64,000 bases of DNA from an uncultured Holophagales bacterium (GTDB lineage Bacteria; Acidobacteriota; Thermoanaerobaculia; Multivoradales; UBA5704): contig CAWJGT010000003.1 in assembly GCA_963842525.1 (NCBI GenBank), forward strand, positions 512,001-576,000, read 5' to 3'. Below, one piece after another: positions 1 through 10,500 of this stretch. Both the position numbers and the translations under genes were made by a program. Below the pieces are notes generated by a model that saw nothing but the letters and a program-made list of their open reading frames with translations, searched no databases and was not told where the DNA came from. Numbering within the stretch: position 1 is the first letter of the stretch; every line of letters begins with the position of its first letter.

Positions 1-3000
1 GCCCTGCGAGCCGCCCTGTGCGGGGTGGCGGCACGCCACGAGACCCTGCGCACCACCTTCGGCGATCTCGCCGGGGAGCCGGTGCAGCGCATCGCGCCGC
101 CGGTGCTGATCGCGGTGGCGCTGATCGACCTGGCGGATCTGCCGGCCGAGGCGCTCGAGGCCGAAGCCCGTCGCCTGATCGCCGAGGAGGAGAGGCGCCC
201 GTTCGATCTGACCCACGGACCCCTGCTGAGGGTCGAGCTGCTGCGGCTGGACGAGCAGGAGCACGCCCTGCTGCTGACTCTCCACCACATCATCTCGGAC
301 GGCTGGTCGATGGGGGTGCTCATCCGCGAGCTGGCGACCCTCTACGCAGCGCACATCGCGGACCGCCCATCTCCGCTGCCTCCGCTGACCGTGCAGTACG
401 TCGATTTCGCGCTCTGGCAGCGGGAGTGGATGCGCGGCCAGGTGCTCGAAGGCCAGCTTCGCTACTGGCGCGAGAGGCTGGAGGGAGCCCCTCGGGTGCT
501 GGAGCTGCCCGCCGACCGCCCTCGGCCAGCCGTCGCGAGCGGGCAGGGAGGATTGCGCTCCTCATATCTACCCGCCGAGATCGCCGGGTCTCTCTCGGCC
601 CTGGCGCAACGGCAGGGCGCCACGCTGTTCATGATCGCGCTCGCCGCCTGGAAGGCCCTCCTCTCGCGTCTCACGGGGCAGAACGATCTGGTGGTGGGGA
701 CTCCGATCGCCAATCGCAACCGGTCCGAGGTTGAGGCTCTGATCGGCTTGTTCGTCAACACTCTTGCCTTGCGCACCGAGCTGCCGCCAAGTCTCGACTT
801 CCTCGCTCTGGTGCGCCGCATCCGCGAGGCGACGCTCGGGGCCCTGGCTCACCAGGACCTCCCTTTCGAGCGCCTGGTCGAGGAGCTGTCGCCCGAGCGG
901 AGCCTGGCCCATACGCCGCTGTTCCAGGTGATGCTGGCGGTGCAGAACGCCTCCCACGAGGTCTTGGATCTGCCCGGCCTGACCCTCTCGCCGCTCCGCG
1001 TCGAGATGACCACCGCCAAGCTCGATCTGTCGCTGACTCTCGGCGAGACGCCGGCCGGTCTCGCCGCGCACCTGGAATTCAACCGCGATCTGTTCGACGC
1101 CGCCACGGCCGACCGGCTGCTCGGCCATCTCGAGACCCTGCTTGCCGCCGCTGTCGACGATCCCGGCTGCCGCGTCGTCGACCTGCCGCTGCTCCGCGAG
1201 GCGGAGCGACGTCAGCTCCTGGCCGCCGGGCGAGCGGCGGCCCCGGTCGACCTGCAGTCCTGTCTGCACGGGCTCTTCGAGGCCCAGGCGAGGCGCGAGC
1301 CGGATGCGGTCGCGGCCGTCTGTGAAGGACGGAGTCTGAGCTACGGTGAGCTCGACCGCCGGGCCACGCGCCTGGCGTACCGGTTGCGGCGGCTCGGAGT
1401 GGGGCCGGAGGTCCCGGTGGGCGTCTGCCTCGCATCCTCTCTGGAGCTGGTGACGGGGCTGGTCGCCGTGCTCGCGGCCGGCGGCGTGTACCTGCCGCTC
1501 GATCCGGCCTATCCCCGCGAGCGCCTGGCCTTCATGCTGAAGGACGCGGGCGCGCCGGCGGTGCTGACCCTGGAGCGCCTGGCGGAGAGCCTGCCTGGCG
1601 AGGCCGCGCGCCTCCTCTGCCTCGATGCGCCTGTGGACGCAGACGCGGAGGATCTGGCGGCGCCACGCCACAGCGCCGCTCCGCAGAGCCTCGCCTATCT
1701 GATCTACACCTCGGGCTCCACAGGGCGGCCCAAGGCGGTCGGGGTCGAGCACGGGCCGGCCGCTGGTCACATGCTGGCCGCCGCGCGGCTCTTCGGCCTC
1801 GACCGCGGCGACCGGGTGCTCCAGCTCGCGTCGCCGAGCTTTGACACGTCCCTGGAGGAGATCCTGCCGGCCCTCATCTCCGGCGCCGTCGTGGTGCTGC
1901 GCGGTCCGGAGCTTTGGGAGCCTGCCGCCTTCCTGGACAAGCTGGCGCAGCTTGGCATCACCGTGCTCGACATCCCCACGGCCTACTGGCACCAATGGGT
2001 GGTGGAGTGCGAGGGGATGGATCGACCCGCCGACCTAGGGCTGCGCACCGTCGCCGTGGGCGGCGAGGCCATGTCGCCTGAGGCGGCGCGCCTCTGGTGG
2101 CGGACGCCGCTCGCGGACATCCCCCTGCTCAACACCTATGGGCCGACTGAGGCGATCGTCACCTCCACCTGGCTGCGGGTGGACCGCGAGGCCGCCTCCT
2201 CCGCCGCCGGCTCGGTCCGTATCGGCCGTCCGCTCGCCGGCCGCGACGCCCTCGTGCTGGATCGCGCGGGGAGCCTCGCGCCTGTGAACGTGCCCGGCGA
2301 GCTGTACCTGGCCGGTCTGCTGCTGGCGCGCGGCTATCGGGGCCGGCCGGATCTCACGGCCGAGAGGTTCGTGCCTGATCCGTACGCCTCCCTGCCTGGC
2401 GCCCGGCTCTACCGTAGCGGCGACCTCGCGCGCTGGCGTCCGGACGGGACCCTGGAGTTCCTCGGCCGCGCCGACCAGCAGGTGAAGATCCGGGGGTTCC
2501 GCGTGGAGCCGGGGGAGATCGAGGCCGCTCTTGCCGGGCATCCGAAAGTGCGCGAATCCGTGGTTCTGGCTCGCGAAGACGTTCCCGGCGAAACGCGCCT
2601 CGCCGCCTATCTAGTGGCGCGCCCGGAAGCGCTTCTCACGGCGGCGGAGCTTCGCGACCACCTGCGGCGGAGTCTGCCGGAGCACATGATCCCTGCGGCG
2701 TTCGTGGTGCTCGATGCGCTGCCGCGCACCTCGAATGGGAAGCTCGACCGCAAGGCCCTGCCGGCGCCGGGCGAGCCCCGGGCCGGAGAGCGCGGAGCCT
2801 CTTCACCACGCACGATCACCGAAGAGATCCTGGCGGGCCTCTGGCAGGAGATCCTGCGGCTCGACTGCACTGTCGGCATCCACGAGAGCTTCTTTGAGCT
2901 CGGAGGACACTCCCTGCTGGCCACCCGGATGCTCTCGCGGATCCGGGGGGTGTTCGAGGTCGACCTCCCCCTGCGCACCGTATTCGAGTCGCCCACCGTT

Positions 3001-4500
3001 TCCGGTCTGGCCGCCCTCGTCGAGGAGGGGAAGAGAACGGCCCGCGGCATGCGGATCCCTCCCTTCGAGCCCGTCGCGGCGCGCGTGGAGGTACCCCTCT
3101 CCTTCTCCCAGCAGCGCCTCTGGTTCATGGACCAGTTGGAGCCTGGAAATCCTTTCTACAATGTCGCCGCAGCCTTCGACCTGGAGGGGCCGCTGGATTT
3201 GGCGGTCCTGGAGCGGTCCCTCAGTGAGATCGTGCGCCGGCAAGGCTCTCTGCGCACTGTTTTCGCGAGACGGAGCGGCCAGAACGTGCAACGGGTGCAG
3301 CCGCCCGCGCCGGTGATCCTGCCGATCGCCGACCTGTCCATCCTGGGCGAGGAGGCGCAGCAGGCCGAGGTACGGAGACTGGTCTCCCAGGAGGCGCGGG
3401 CCTCCTTCGACCTCGCGCGTGGGCCGCTCTTCCGCATCCGGTTGCTGCGGCTTGGCGAGAGCCGGCACGTCTTCCTCCTGACCCTGCACCACATCATCAC
3501 CGACGGCTGGTCGACCGACGTGCTGACCCGCGAGCTCGTGGAGCTGTACGAGAGCTTCTCGCGGGGCGAAAGCTCGCCGCTGGCGGACCTCCCCCTCCAA
3601 TACACGGATTTCGCCGTCTGGCAGCAACAGTGGCTGCGCGGGGAGGCCCTGGAGACCCAGCTCGCCTACTGGCGCAGGCAGCTCGCTGATGCGCCTGCGG
3701 TCACCCGGCTCCCCACGGATCGCCCGCGGCCCGCGGTCCAGAGCTACCGGGGAGGCCGGCAGAGGTTCGAGCTGTCGGCCGAGCCGTGCCAGCGGCTGCG
3801 TGAGCTCAGCCGGCGGGAGGGAGTGTCCCTGTTCATGACCGTGTTGGCCGCCTACCAGGCCTTCCTGTCCTCCTGCGCGGGAGAGGAGGTCGTGATCGTG
3901 GGGTCTCCGGTCAGCTATCGCAATTGGGCGGAGGTCGAGGGGCTGATCGGCTTCTTTGCCAACACGCTCCTGTTCCGCGGTGATGTCGCCGGAAACCCCA
4001 GCTTCCGGGAGCTGCTCGGGCGGGTCCGCAAGATGGCGCTGGATGCGTTCGCCCACGAGCACGTGCCGTTCGACAAGCTGGTCAGCGAGCTGCGCCCCGA
4101 GAGAAACCTGGGCTACAACCCGCTGTTCCAGGTGGGTTTCGCGTTCCAGACGGCTGCCGAGACCAGCCGCGGGAGATCCGATCTCCTCGTACGCCCGTTC
4201 GGATTCGAGCTGGAGACAACCCAGTTCGATCTCAACCTGGCCGTGATCGACACCGGCGCGAAGCTGGTAGGCGACCTCCAGTTCAGCCGGGACCTTTTCG
4301 AAGAGATCACCGTCGACCTGATGCGGGAGCAGCTCCAGGAGCTGATGCAGAGGGTGGGAAGCGATCCGGAGATCCGGATGAACGATCTGAGACCCCTTTT
4401 GGCCGAGGTGAGCAGACGGCGGCTGGGCGCGTTGAAGCGGGAAGCAGCCAGACCACCACACCGGGCCTCAGGAGTGGAAGACGACAGGCTGTCGTCGTGA
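1..4500 (+). CDS. NRPS-1, 5'-truncated by the window: C(LCL)-A-T-C(terminal). A-domain code read by eye DTEDAGTVTK, suggesting a basic residue (Lys/Orn/Arg-like). The true stop may be TAA at 4509-4511.
   Basis: ORF 25..4500 is open from the window edge. Motifs: [58 protein letters not shown], and a second C (HHIITDGWS). The last ~20 codons are out of frame relative to the paralogous end of NRPS-2. Confidence 0.95.
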   Translation, partial: ALRAALCGVAARHETLRTTFGDLAGEPVQRIAPPVLIAVALIDLADLPAEALEAEARRLIAEEERRPFDLTHGPLLRVELLRLDEQEHALLLTLHHIISDGWSMGVLIRELATLYAAHIADRPSPLPPLTVQYVDFALWQREWMRGQVLEGQLRYWRERLEGAPRVLELPADRPRPAVASGQGGLRSSYLPAEIAGSLSALAQRQGATLFMIALAAWKALLSRLTGQNDLVVGTPIANRNRSEVEALIGLFVNTLALRTELPPSLDFLALVRRIREATLGALAHQDLPFERLVEELSPERSLAHTPLFQVMLAVQNASHEVLDLPGLTLSPLRVEMTTAKLDLSLTLGETPAGLAAHLEFNRDLFDAATADRLLGHLETLLAAAVDDPGCRVVDLPLLREAERRQLLAAGRAAAPVDLQSCLHGLFEAQARREPDAVAAVCEGRSLSYGELDRRATRLAYRLRRLGVGPEVPVGVCLASSLELVTGLVAVLAAGGVYLPLDPAYPRERLAFMLKDAGAPAVLTLERLAESLPGEAARLLCLDAPVDADAEDLAAPRHSAAPQSLAYLIYTSGSTGRPKAVGVEHGPAAGHMLAAARLFGLDRGDRVLQLASPSFDTSLEEILPALISGAVVVLRGPELWEPAAFLDKLAQLGITVLDIPTAYWHQWVVECEGMDRPADLGLRTVAVGGEAMSPEAARLWWRTPLADIPLLNTYGPTEAIVTSTWLRVDREAASSAAGSVRIGRPLAGRDALVLDRAGSLAPVNVPGELYLAGLLLARGYRGRPDLTAERFVPDPYASLPGARLYRSGDLARWRPDGTLEFLGRADQQVKIRGFRVEPGEIEAALAGHPKVRESVVLAREDVPGETRLAAYLVARPEALLTAAELRDHLRRSLPEHMIPAAFVVLDALPRTSNGKLDRKALPAPGEPRAGERGASSPRTITEEILAGLWQEILRLDCTVGIHESFFELGGHSLLATRMLSRIRGVFEVDLPLRTVFESPTVSGLAALVEEGKRTARGMRIPPFEPVAARVEVPLSFSQQRLWFMDQLEPGNPFYNVAAAFDLEGPLDLAVLERSLSEIVRRQGSLRTVFARRSGQNVQRVQPPAPVILPIADLSILGEEAQQAEVRRLVSQEARASFDLARGPLFRIRLLRLGESRHVFLLTLHHIITDGWSTDVLTRELVELYESFSRGESSPLADLPLQYTDFAVWQQQWLRGEALETQLAYWRRQLADAPAVTRLPTDRPRPAVQSYRGGRQRFELSAEPCQRLRELSRREGVSLFMTVLAAYQAFLSSCAGEEVVIVGSPVSYRNWAEVEGLIGFFANTLLFRGDVAGNPSFRELLGRVRKMALDAFAHEHVPFDKLVSELRPERNLGYNPLFQVGFAFQTAAETSRGRSDLLVRPFGFELETTQFDLNLAVIDTGAKLVGDLQFSRDLFEEITVDLMREQLQELMQRVGSDPEIRMNDLRPLLAEVSRRRLGALKREAARPPHRASGVEDDRLSS

Positions 4501-4550
4501 CCGGGAAGTAAGCCAGCGGAGATAGCACATGGAGAAGGTCGTCGAAGGTT
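2515..4550 (+). repeat. Direct repeat copy 1 (~2.0 kb): Asub-T-C(terminal)[28 protein letters not shown]
   Basis: Near-identical to 13024-15063 (offset ~10.5 kb), with a more divergent patch at about 3190-3450. Confidence 0.93.
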
Positions 4551-4590
4551 AGAGACGAGCCCTCGTCAATACGAAACGGATGGATATCAG

Positions 4591-7500
4591 TTGATCAGAG
4601 ATGAAGTCCAGGAGAAGCACGAGGTCGGCTCCCACGAGGCGTGGTGGGAGAAGGAGGCGGCCTACTGGTCGCAGAAGCTGGCCGACCCGCCTGAGGCCGT
4701 GGGGCTCCCGCTCGACAGGCCCCGCCCTCTTGTCCCGGGTTTCCGGCAGGCTCGCGTGGAGGTCGGCGTCGCAGAGGAGGTCCAGAGGGGTTTGCTGCAG
4801 CTCTGCCAGGGCAACGACACGCTTCTCCTGGTCGCTTTCGTGGCCGTGGTCAAGACCTGGCTGCACAGATCCACGGGCGCCGAGGACATCATTGTCGGTA
4901 CGACGATCCACCGGCGCTACGCGGAGCTCGCCTCGTTCAACAAGGTCTTGTGCCTGCGCAACCGCGTGACCAGCGCCTCGACGCTCAAGGACCTCCTGCT
5001 TCAAGTCAAGGAGACGATTTCAGAAGCGTACGCGTACCAGAAGCTCCCCTTCGATCGGCTGCGCAAGCTCCTGGCACCCGCGCTGCCGGATCCTGTTGGG
5101 CCCCTGTTCCGGGTTGCCGTCCTGATGGAGCAGATCAATGACGTCGCGAGCCTCGAGCGCCTGCTCCCCGATGTGACATGGATCGTGAGCCGGACCGACG
5201 AACGGATCCACTGCCGGATCGAGTACAACGCGGAGCTTTTCCAGGCAGCTTCCGTCCGGGCGTCCGGCGAGGCCTGCATCCGGATCGCATCGGCGCTGGT
5301 CGCGGACCCAAGAGCCCGGATCGGGGAGCTTGCGCTCCTGGCGTCGGAGCGGGAGCGAGAGCTGCTGCACGATTTCAATGCGACCTGTCGGGAGTATCCC
5401 CGGGACTGCACGATCCACGAGCTCTTCGAGCGCGAGGCCGGGCGCTGCGGTGAAAAGACGGCCCTCCTCTGCAGCTCCCTGGAGCTCTCCTACCAGGAGC
5501 TGAACCGCCGGGCCAACCGCCTCGCCCATCACCTGCGCCGGCTGGGCGTTGCAGCGGGTGCGCGGGTGGGGGTCCTGCTCGACCACTCTCCAGAGGCGGT
5601 GATCGCAATCCTCGCGGTGCTCAAGGCCGGAGGGGCCTATGTGCCCTTCGACCCCTTCGCCCCGGCAGAGCGCCTGGCCTTCATGATGGCGGACGCGCAG
5701 ATCGCAGTGCTGCTGACCCAGGACCGGCTGGCGCAGCAGTGCAGCGCCGGCGAAGCCGTGGTCCTCCGCCTCGATGCGGACCGTCAGCTCTTCGCCCAGG
5801 AGAGCACCGAAAAACCGCCGGCCGGCGCCATGCCGCAGGACGTGGCCTACATCATCTACACCTCGGGATCCACCGGGCGGCCCAAGGGGGTCCTGATCTC
5901 GCATTCGTCTCTGGTGAACTACATCTGGTGGTCGAAGGATGTCTATCTGCGCGGCGAGGCGCTGGCGTTTTCCCTGTACTCCTCGCTGGCCTTCGACCTG
6001 ACGATCACATCGCTCTTCACTCCTCTGGTCACGGGCAACCAGCTCGTCATCTATCGCTCCGAGGAGGGCAGGACGCCGGTTCTCGACGTCGTGCGGGACG
6101 ACCTGACAGAGGTCCTCAAGCTGACTCCCAGCCACCTCGCTCTGATCCAGGAGCACGACAACCGAGGGTCGCGGATTCGCCGGCTGATCGTCGGCGGCGA
6201 GGCCCTGGAGACCCGGCTGGCGAGACGAGTGTACGAGAGCTTCGGAGGCAAGATCGAGATCTTCAACGAGTATGGCCCCACCGAGGCCACGGTGGGCTGC
6301 ATGATCTACCGGTTCGATCCTGAGGCGCAGGACCGTGCGTTCGTGCCCATCGGCCGGCCGGCGGCCAATACGCGGATCTACCTCCTCGACGAGGACCACA
6401 AGCCTGTGGGGATGAACGCGCCGGGAGAGCTGTACATCTCCGGGGACGGCGTGGCGCAGGGATACTGGCGCCGCAACGATCTAACGGCCGAGAGGTTCGT
6501 GGCCGACCCCTTCCACGCGGGCGGCCGGATGTACAAGACCGGCGACCTGGCCCGCTGGCTGCCGGAGGACGTGATCGACTTCCTCGGGCGCAAGGACGGA
6601 CAGATCAAGTTCCTCGGGCATCGGATCGAGCTCGACGAGATCCGCTGGGCGTTGGGCCAGCATCGAAAAGTGCGCGACAGCGTGGTCTCGGCCACCGAGG
6701 ACGAGAACGGCAATCGGGTCCTTCTGGCCTACTACGTGGCCCGCGAGGCATTGGACGTCGCGGAGCTGCGGAGCTTTCTTTCGAGCTACATCCCCGAGGA
6801 GACGATCCCAAGCTTCTTCGTTCACATGAAGCGGCTGCCGCTGACGCTCAACGGCAAGTTGAATCATCAGGCTCTGCCATCCCTGAGCGAGGCGAAAAAG
6901 CAGCTCCGGCAGGAGATCGTGGCTCCCCGCAATGCAACGGAGCTGCGGGTCGCGGAGATCTTCCGGCAGGTCCTCGGCCTCCAGCAGGTCGGCATCCACG
7001 AGAGCTTTTTCACCCTGGGCGGCCACTCGCTGCTGGCCACGCAGGTGACATCGCGCGTGCGCGACGGCTTCCACCTGGAGCTGCCGTTACGGGCGTTGTT
7101 CGAGGCCCCGACGGTCGCGGATCTTGCGGCGAAGATCGACGCGGCGAGCCATGCGGGGCATGAGCTCAAGCTGCCGCCTCTGGTGCGCTGTCGGCGTGAC
7201 GGCGACCTGCCGCTCTCCTTTGCCCAGCAGAGGCTCTGGTTCATCCATCAACTGGAGCCCGAGAGCCCGGCCTACAACATCCCGGTTGCGGTGCGCCTGA
7301 CCGGCAAGCTCGACCGGAGGGCCCTGCGAGCCGCCCTGTGCGGGGTGGCGGCACGCCACGAGACCCTGCGTACCACCTTCGGCGACCTCGCCGGGGAGCC
7401 GGTGCAGCGCATCGCGCCGCCGGCGCAACTCGCCACACCGCTCATCGATCTGACGGACCTGGCGACCGCGCAGCGCGAGGCAGAGACACGCCGGCTGGCG

Positions 7501-10500
7501 ATGGAAGAGGAGAGGCGCCCCTTCGATCTGGCGTGCGGTCCCCTCGTGCGCGTCGCTCTGTTGCGTTTGGCTTGCGAGGAGCACGTCCTGCTGTTGACCC
7601 TGCATCACATCGTTTCCGACGGCTGGTCGACGGGCGTGCTGATCCGCGAGATCGGAGCGCTCTACAGGGCCTTCCACGAGGGCCGGCCCTCGCCGTTGCC
7701 GCCGCTTGCGATCCAGTACGCCGATTTTGCTCTCTGGCAACGGACATGGATGTCGGGAGAGGAGCTGGCCACCCAGCTCTCCTATTGGCTGGACCGGCTG
7801 GAAGGCATTCCGGCCGAGATAGGGCTGCCTACGGATCATCCACGGCCTGCGGTGCCCAGCGGGCGTGGCAGCTCCCGGTGGCTCCGGCTGCCCAAGGGTC
7901 TGTCGGATGCGCTGGCGGTGCTCGGCGCGCGGCACGGTGCCACGCTGTTCATGACGCTGCTTGCGGGCTGGAAGGTGCTGCTCTCCCGCTACAGTGGCCA
8001 GACCGACATCGTGGTGGGAACGCCCATCGCCAACCGGAACCGGACCGAGTTGGAGCCCCTGATCGGCTTCTTTGTCAATACCCTCGTTGTGCGGACTGAC
8101 CTTTCGGGCAACCCCGGCTTCCGAGAGCTGGTCGGTCGTGTGCGGGAGGGAACGCTCTCGGCATATACCCACCAGGATCTGCCTTTCGAGAAGCTGGTCG
8201 AGGAGATGGTGCCGGAGCGGGCCTTGGCCCGAACGCCGATCTTTCAGGTGGTGTTCGCGCTGCAGAACGCTCCTGTCGGCATCCTCGATTTGCCCGGTCT
8301 CACCCTGTTCCCGCTTGTTCTCAAAGGAGGCACGGCCAAGTTCGACCTGACGCTCTCCCTCGCCGAGAGCGGGGCTGGGCTGGGGGGCATCCTGGAGTTC
8401 AGCAGTGACCTGTTCGATCCAGTGACCGCGGCGCGTCTCGCCTCTCACTTCGAGACTCTGCTCGCCGCTGTGGCTTTCGATCCGGCGCACCGGATCGAGG
8501 AGCTGCCGCTGCTTGGCCCGGCGGAGCGGAGCCAGTTGCTGCTGGAGTGGAATCAGACGGCTGCGGACTACCCGCACGACGCGACCCTTCCCGAGCTGTT
8601 CGAGGCCCAGGTGCTAAGGACACCGGAGGCCATCGCGATGGTCTATGGCGACGAGGAGCTCACCTACCGCGACCTGAGCCGCCGGGCCGATCGCGTGGCA
8701 CACAGGTTGCGCGCCTGCGGCGTCGGTCCGGAATCGCTTGTCGGGCTCTGCGCCGACCGCTCCGCGGACCTGGTGACGGGCATGCTGGGTATCCTCAAGG
8801 CCGGCGGCGCCTACGTCCCGCTCGACCCGTCGTACCCGCGGGAGCGGCTGGCCTTCATGCTGGAGGACGCCCACGCTTCCATCGTGCTCGCGCACGAACG
8901 GTGGGCCGGTGCGCTGCCCCTGGGCAAGGCGGAGCTGTTGCTCCTCGACGAGGCCGTGCGCGAAGAGGTCATGGAAGGCCAGGGGGAGAGGCTCGCGCCA
9001 GCCGGAGCCATGGCGGAGAGCCTTGCCTATGTGATGTACACCTCGGGCTCGACGGGGCGACCGAAGGGGGTGGCAGTTTCTCATCGCGCCATCGTCCGCC
9101 TGGTCCGCGGCACGGATTACGCCCAGTTGGAGCCTGCGGACCGGATTGCGCAGGTCGCGAGCTCCTCGTTCGACGCGGCGACGTTCGAAATCTGGGGAGC
9201 CCTCCTGAACGGCGCCTGCCTGGTGGGCATCGAATCGCCGGTGGCCCTCTCACCGGGTGCCCTGGCCACCCGCATCGCGGAGCAAAGGATCAGCGCTCTG
9301 TTCCTGACCACGGCGCTCTTCCAGCAGATTGCCCGGGAGGCTCCAGAGGTATTCCGGCCGTTGCGCCATCTGCTCTTCGGCGGTGAGGTGGTGGATCCGC
9401 GATGGGTGCGCGAGGTACTGAAAAAGGGCGCTCCCGAGCGGCTCCTTCACGTCTACGGCCCGACCGAGAGCACGACCTTCTCGTCCTGGTACTTGGTTGA
9501 GCAGGTCCCGGAACGCGCGGCGTCTGTGCCGATCGGTCGCCCAATCCGGAACACCCGGGCCCATGTGCTGGACAGGCATCTGCGCCCCGTCCCCATCGGG
9601 GTGATTGGGGACTTGTACCTCGGCGGAGACGGGCTGGCCCGCGGCTACCACAACCGGCCGGATCTGACAGCGGAGCGCTTCGTGCCTGACCTGTCGGGCT
9701 ACGAGCCGGGAGGGCGGTTCTACGGGACCGGCGATCGGGCGCGCCATCTCGCGGACGGCACGATCGATTTCTTGGGCCGGCTGGACCATCAGGTGAAGCT
9801 GAGGGGGTTCCGGATCGAGCTGGGTGAGGTCGAGGCGGCTCTGGCCGAGCACCCCGGAGTCCGGCAGGTCCTGGTGACGGTCTGGTGGCAGGGAGGACCG
9901 GATGGGAGCGCCGACAGCCGACTGGTGGCCTACGTCGTGGGGGAAGAGGAGAGCGGAGAGCTGCGGCGGCATCTCGAAGCCAGGCTGCCGAGCTTCATGA
10001 TTCCATCCGCCTTCGTCAGGCTGCCGTCGTTCCCCCTGACCTCGAACGGCAAGGTGGACCGGCGATCTCTGCCCGCTCCGGAGTGGGGGAAAGCGGAGGC
10101 GGAGGTCAACTTGAAGGCACCGTGCACACCGGTGGAGGATTTGCTCGCCACACTGTGGTCCGAGGTGCTCGGCGTCGACCGAGTGGGGAACCGAGACGAT
10201 TTCTTCGAGCTCGGAGGGCACTCGCTGCTCGCTACCCGGCTCGTCTCCCGCATTCGGGCCGCTTTCGGGATCGACCTGGCGCTACGAGATCTGTTCGAAC
10301 AGCCCACGATCGCTTCTCTGGCCCCTCTCCTCGAAGACCAGCTCACCAGAGGAAGGAGCTCCGCGGCTCCTCCCATCCGGCCGACTTCGCGAACTGAAGG
10401 CGCTCCGCTCTCTTTCTCTCAGCAAAGGCTCTGGTTTCTCGATCAGCTCAAGCCCGGCAACGCGGCCTACAACATCCCCCAGGCGATGCGTCTGGTCGGA

